Source: Oikopleura dioica
Lineage: Eukaryota > Animalia > Chordata
Assembly: GCA_907165135.1 (NCBI GenBank)
Contig: OU015566.1
Coordinates: forward strand, 3,596,001 to 3,660,000
DNA length: 64,000 nt
Direction: 5' to 3'
In this document: piece by piece, positions 59,250 to 64,000 of the stretch
Layout: every line of letters starts with the position of its first letter
Numbering within the stretch: the first letter of the stretch is position 1
Program-made: the position numbers and the translations under genes
The notes under the pieces: generated by a model
What the model saw: the letters and a program-made list of their open reading frames with translations, nothing else
Told to the model about the DNA's origin: nothing
Database searches by the model: none

Positions 59250-60731
59250 GCGGCGAAATCAGCCCAACATCCTTTCCTCCCAAAACCGCCCCAAAACCTC
59301 CACGAAGTCCAAGCAGACACATTCGAGCGAATCGACATTACTCGCGGCACTCTTCCAAGAAAATCCAAAAACACGAGGAACAGTTCGATTTCGAAGAAGA
59401 GCTCAAAAAGCAGCTGCAAAACAGGGCCGGAACTGCCGACCTCGGATTTGGGCGCCAGCTCGATGGGAACAATGAAGACTTTTGTCAACACAACGAACCA
59501 GGCGAATTCAGCGGCGAATGCAGTAAAAGCGGCGAGTGAGAAAATTGGAATACGTCGAGCGATGTTGATTCGATCGAGTCAAAAGAGAAGACGAAGCAGT
59601 CGGAAATGACGAGCAATAGGCATGCGAAAGTCATCACTTACGGCTATCAGGAACTGCCGACGAGGGATGGAAGCTCGTTTACAACTTCAAACAGGTAAGA
59701 AAGCTGACATTTAATCCTCATAATAACTTTTTCAAAAGCTCGCGAGCTGCTCTAGAACAGAAGAATCCAGCTTCGCCGCGTCAAGACGATTCTGTCGTGG
59801 ATCTCTAGAATCATACAATAGTAATTGCAACTCGTTCAAGTAACTTCCTTTTTTGTACACTGCTATTTCTCATGCTAATAAACGATACAAGAAGAAATTT
59901 TCGTCAATGCGATAATGATGATTTTGGGATGTAGTTATGGTAGTTGTGTAATGGAAAATTTTAATTTTCTATAAATGGGAGTCGACATTTTACTACATTT
60001 ACGACTCTGGCGCAGACGATTACTTTCAGATTTTTGGCAGCTAAGCTTAGCCTTTTCGGAAAGATTCTTATTTGACTCAGAAAGTCTAGTTGGCAATAAC
60101 GCCATCGTAAAAAGACTGTTGCTGTTAGAAACTAAGAAGAGCGCCCTTTACTCAGGACTCTTTAGCACCAATTTTCGGTATAAAAGCGCATCTCTCTTCC
60201 ATGATTGCAGCATTCAAAAAACTGTTTTCAATCAAGAAAATGAAAGTATAATTTGTCTCGATATCATCTGCCCTTGCTTATTCTTCAAACTACGTTGGAG
60301 TTCCTTTGTCTCGATTCGAAAAACTGGTCGGATTGGAAGTCGATTTGGCTTATCCATTCGCTGTCGACTCGAAAGCTGACTGTACTTCTCTCTGCCGTAC
60401 TGCATCGCTGTTCCAAAGCCCGACAAGGCAGAATGACGCCTTTTGCGACACAGGAAGGATCCACAAGGATGGCAAATGTGATCTCTCTCAAATTCCGACT
60501 CTCCAGAACTTCATATTCGAGAAAACCGGCTTCAGCGCTTTGGACTGCAACTATCTCTGCGCTTTCATGTCTGACTGTGCGCTGGTTCAAACAGAAACGA
60601 AGTTCACAAGCAGGAGGACTTACAAAACTTGCTCATTTCTCCGTGGAGGCGTTTCAATACAACGAACAAGGCTGTCCGTTGATGTTCAAATGAAGAGGAG
60701 AGTTTACGACGAATACTCGAAACTGCGATAA
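59250..60731 (+). CDS. Multi-exon hypothetical protein ending in PAN/Apple-like Cys motifs
   Basis: Last exon contains DSKADCTSLC and SALDCNYLCAFMSDC. An upstream exon reads GEISPTSFPPKTAPK...FEEELKKQLQ with a GTGAG donor. Linkage is uncertain. Confidence 0.4.
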
Positions 60732-62428
60732 TTTTTGACTTTTTTCCTGATTTTTTATATCTGTCATTCTGTCCTTCTCCTCAATCTCTTTCTGTCAAAA
60801 TCTTGAGTAATGGCTTCAACTAAAAAGATCGTCATTGCCAAATTTCGTACTCTCTTCTTTTTCTTTCACTTGATTTTTTGTAATAAATTATGTGCACTTA
60901 TATATGGTTACGGTATGTGGCATACAGTATGTCGATTCTTCAGTCAGGGTTCAAATTCTGCTGAAAAAGATGTTGAACTAAGCGAGCGGCTGAGCGGTCG
61001 ACGGCGTTAAGGTGTTAGAAACAGCTTTTTCGAAAAAAGGCGATTTTTGACCGGCGCTACTGATAAGAGTACTTTAGATTACCACATTTTCTCGACATGT
61101 ATCTATAGATCCATGTTAGATCTAAGAACATCTCCCTTGAAATTTGTTTTAGTCAACAGATTATTGAGTAAGTTGGCTCAGAAGCAACTCATCTCTTGAA
61201 AACTACCGATTTTAGCCAATTTTCAACCTCGAATATGTCCAGTCCCGTGATAGCTAAACAAAATCCATTTAAATTTTTGTAAAGTTCAACCCCTATTCTA
61301 GGAGCATTTTTAAGGAAATTTAATTATCATAAATAAATCTATGATTTTCTTGTTAATACCGACAGTCGAAAATCGAGAAAGCTGTTTCTTCCCCCATTCC
61401 TGATCGGAGCGGAGATTGAGCGGATAGTCAAAAATGAGCCCGGAGCTGAGCTAGCGGACTTTGAGCGAGCGGACTCTAAGCAGTGCTTTCTTTCTTCAAA
61501 TATATTTTATGATGATTTTTCTATAATTTTCTTCATTTGCCCACTCAAGCGACCAAAAACACGAGAGAAAATGTTGATTCACCGCTCAATGATCTCAAGA
61601 TGAGCGAGCGAGCGGCTAAGCGGTCTTGAAAAGGACGGTTGCGAATACGGTACGCTAAAGGCGTATTCGCTTTTCTTCGCTTTCGGTAAGTAACTTCCTC
61701 GTTATATCCCGAAACAACGATTGATAATCGTCGATAATGTTACATAAAAATCACGAAGGCAGAACACTTTGACGATCTTCTCCGATTATGCCCTGTCAAC
61801 TTGACAGTGTCAAGTTTTCAACTAACAAAGCAGCTCTCTGCTATCCATATCTGTCTCAAAATCTGTCAAGATGACATCTCAATATTCTCCATCGATATCA
61901 CGAAAAGTTTTCGTCGAAAACCGTATTAGTAATACGGTATTACCGTAAAACCGTATTACTAATACGTAATACTTTTACGTCGAAAATGTCAAAATTCTTA
62001 CGTAAACTAACTAAAAATAATAAAAAATATCAGACAGGGTCGGTTACTCATTATTCTTCGCTTTGAAAGAAGTCCTCTTGAGAATGGACGGAAAAAATCC
62101 AAATTTGAAAAAACTTTTGGAATTTCAATTTTTATTGCTACCATCGAATTCCCCATATTTGAAAACCTAGAAAAAATTATTTGTTTAGACAGGGGTCTTC
62201 TAAATCTTTTCTAACTATCATCTAAAATAGCAAAAATGCCCTTTAGGAAAAGCTTCTTTTGAGAGGGTTGCCGGATTTTTCTTTTGATTTCTTTATAGGA
62301 TCATCAAGAGACAAGTCTGAGACAGTCGGCGAACCAAAGAAAATAAGAAAGTTTCAATGTCTTCATGCTTAAAATAGGCATTTAAAAACGTGAAATTCGT
62401 CAAAAACAACGAGAAACGTGAAAAAACG

Positions 62429-64000
62429 CTGCACGGTCAGTAATCGGCATTCTATTGAGCAAAAAAGTCGAACAAGTCAAAGGGAAGATATTTCGATATA
62501 AATGCCTATCGAAATATATTTATATATATTAATCTTTCAGATCTCCTCTTTAAATACACACAGATTCGACTATTTCGCTTTTTTCAATCAAATGAATTAT
62601 CTAGGCTTCTTCGAAACGCAGCACGACTAATTTTTACGCAAATTATTATTTTTGAATGCTTAAAAATAACCATTTATTTTAAAGATGGTCGAAATCTTCG
62701 AGCCTCCAGTCTGATTTTTCTCGTGCTGGTTCAAATAGAGTCACTTATCATGTGCACAAAATTTCATGCGTTTTGAAGTGCAGCGCGACCATTTAAAGTA
62801 TAAATTATTAGATAAGCTTTTATCAGCTCTAGAATCTGATTTTTCGAGCCTCCAAGCTAATTCCTCTTAACAAAAGTTCGGTTACTATTAGGTACCCGCA
62901 TGCAAAATTTCATACAATTTCAGACGCAGCGCGACCCTTTTGACTGAATTGTATCGAAATTTTATAAAAATAGCCATTTATAAGTAAGTTTTGGCCCTAG
63001 AATCCGATTTTCGAGGGCCTCCAATCTAATTTTTCGAGAGCGAAGTAAACCGAGTGCATTCTATCATATTGCAAAATTTCAATCGATTTGAGGCGCAGCG
63101 CGACCATTTTTTAAATAAATTAAAGAAATAGGCATTTATTATTTAATTTTGGCCTTAGAGTCAAAATTTGAGGGGCCTCCAACCCAATTTCTCTCAAGCG
63201 TGGTAAAATGCGTGTTTTCTATCTGTCTACAAAATTTCAATCGATTTGAGACGCAGCGCGACCAATTTTCTTTGACAACTTACTTTATAGTGGTTATAAT
63301 TATTATTTTTGTAAAAAATGGTCGCGCTGCGCCTCAAATCGATTGAAATTTTGCAATATGATAGAATGCACTCGGTTTACTTCGCTTTCGAAAAATTAGA
63401 TTGGAGGCCCTCGAAAATCGGATTCTAGGGCCAAAACTTACTTATAAATGGCTATTTTTATAAAATTTCGATACAATTCAGTCAAAAAGGGTCGCGCTGC
63501 GTCTGAAATTGTATGAAATTTTGCATGCGGGTACCTAATAGTAACCGAACTTTTGTTAAGAGGAATTAGCTTGGAGGCTCGAAAAATCAGATTCTAGAGC
63601 TGATAAAAGCTTATCTAATAATTTATACTTTAAATGGTCGCGCTGCACTTCAAAACGCATGAAATTTTGTGCACATGATAAGTGACTCTATTTGAACCAG
63701 CACGAGAAAAATCAGACTGGAGGCTCGAAGATTTCGACCATCTTTAAAATAAATGGTTATTTTTAAGCATTCAAAAATAATAATTTGCGTAAAAAATTAG
63801 TCGTGCTGCGTTTCGAAGAAGCCTAGATAATTCATTTGATTGAAAAAACGCGAAATAGTCGAATCTGTGTGTATTTAAAGAGGAGATCTGAAAGATTAAT
63901 ATATATAAATATATTTCGATAGGCATTTATATCGAAATATCTTCCCTTTGACTTGTTCGACTTTTTTTGCTCAATAGAATGCCGATTACTGACCGTGCAG
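62429..64000. mobile_element. Long inverted repeat / foldback-like element (extends past window end)
   Basis: 62429-63113 is the near-perfect reverse complement of 63312-64000. Internal GCAGCGCGACC subrepeats occur every 146-168 bp. Confidence 0.85.

Overview
AT-rich, compact eukaryotic genomic DNA with many 35-60 nt introns, some probably non-GT donors and gene starts that look trans-spliced. It strongly resembles the larvacean tunicate Oikopleura (O. dioica-like); this is an inference, not a database result. About 18 spliced genes could be reconstructed by hand, and most ORF-track entries are single exons or antisense shadows. Genes include a mucin-CysD/oikosin-like protein, an astacin protease, an LRR-Ig-TM receptor with an apparent frameshift, a short bacterial-type asparaginase, an HMG-box/Zn-ribbon protein, a CUB-like/EGF protein with four copies of an unrecognised helical module, a calmodulin-like protein, HSDL2, a proteoglycan-like secreted protein, a tandem gene pair, an Asp/Tyr-rich secreted protein, a tail-anchored sulfotransferase, and two small secreted-peptide precursors that the ORF track misses or mis-starts. 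Mobile DNA is dense: hAT-type MITEs with 8-bp TSDs, a TA-TSD MITE, TGA(C/G)TCA-bearing palindromic MITEs, a long foldback element, and a 3.15-kb gag-only LTR element with apparently identical LTRs. The most striking unexplained signal is inside that LTR element: an array of seven AGC-triloop hairpins whose stems differ in sequence but keep pairing (27636-28081). No rRNA, tRNA or CRISPR array was seen.
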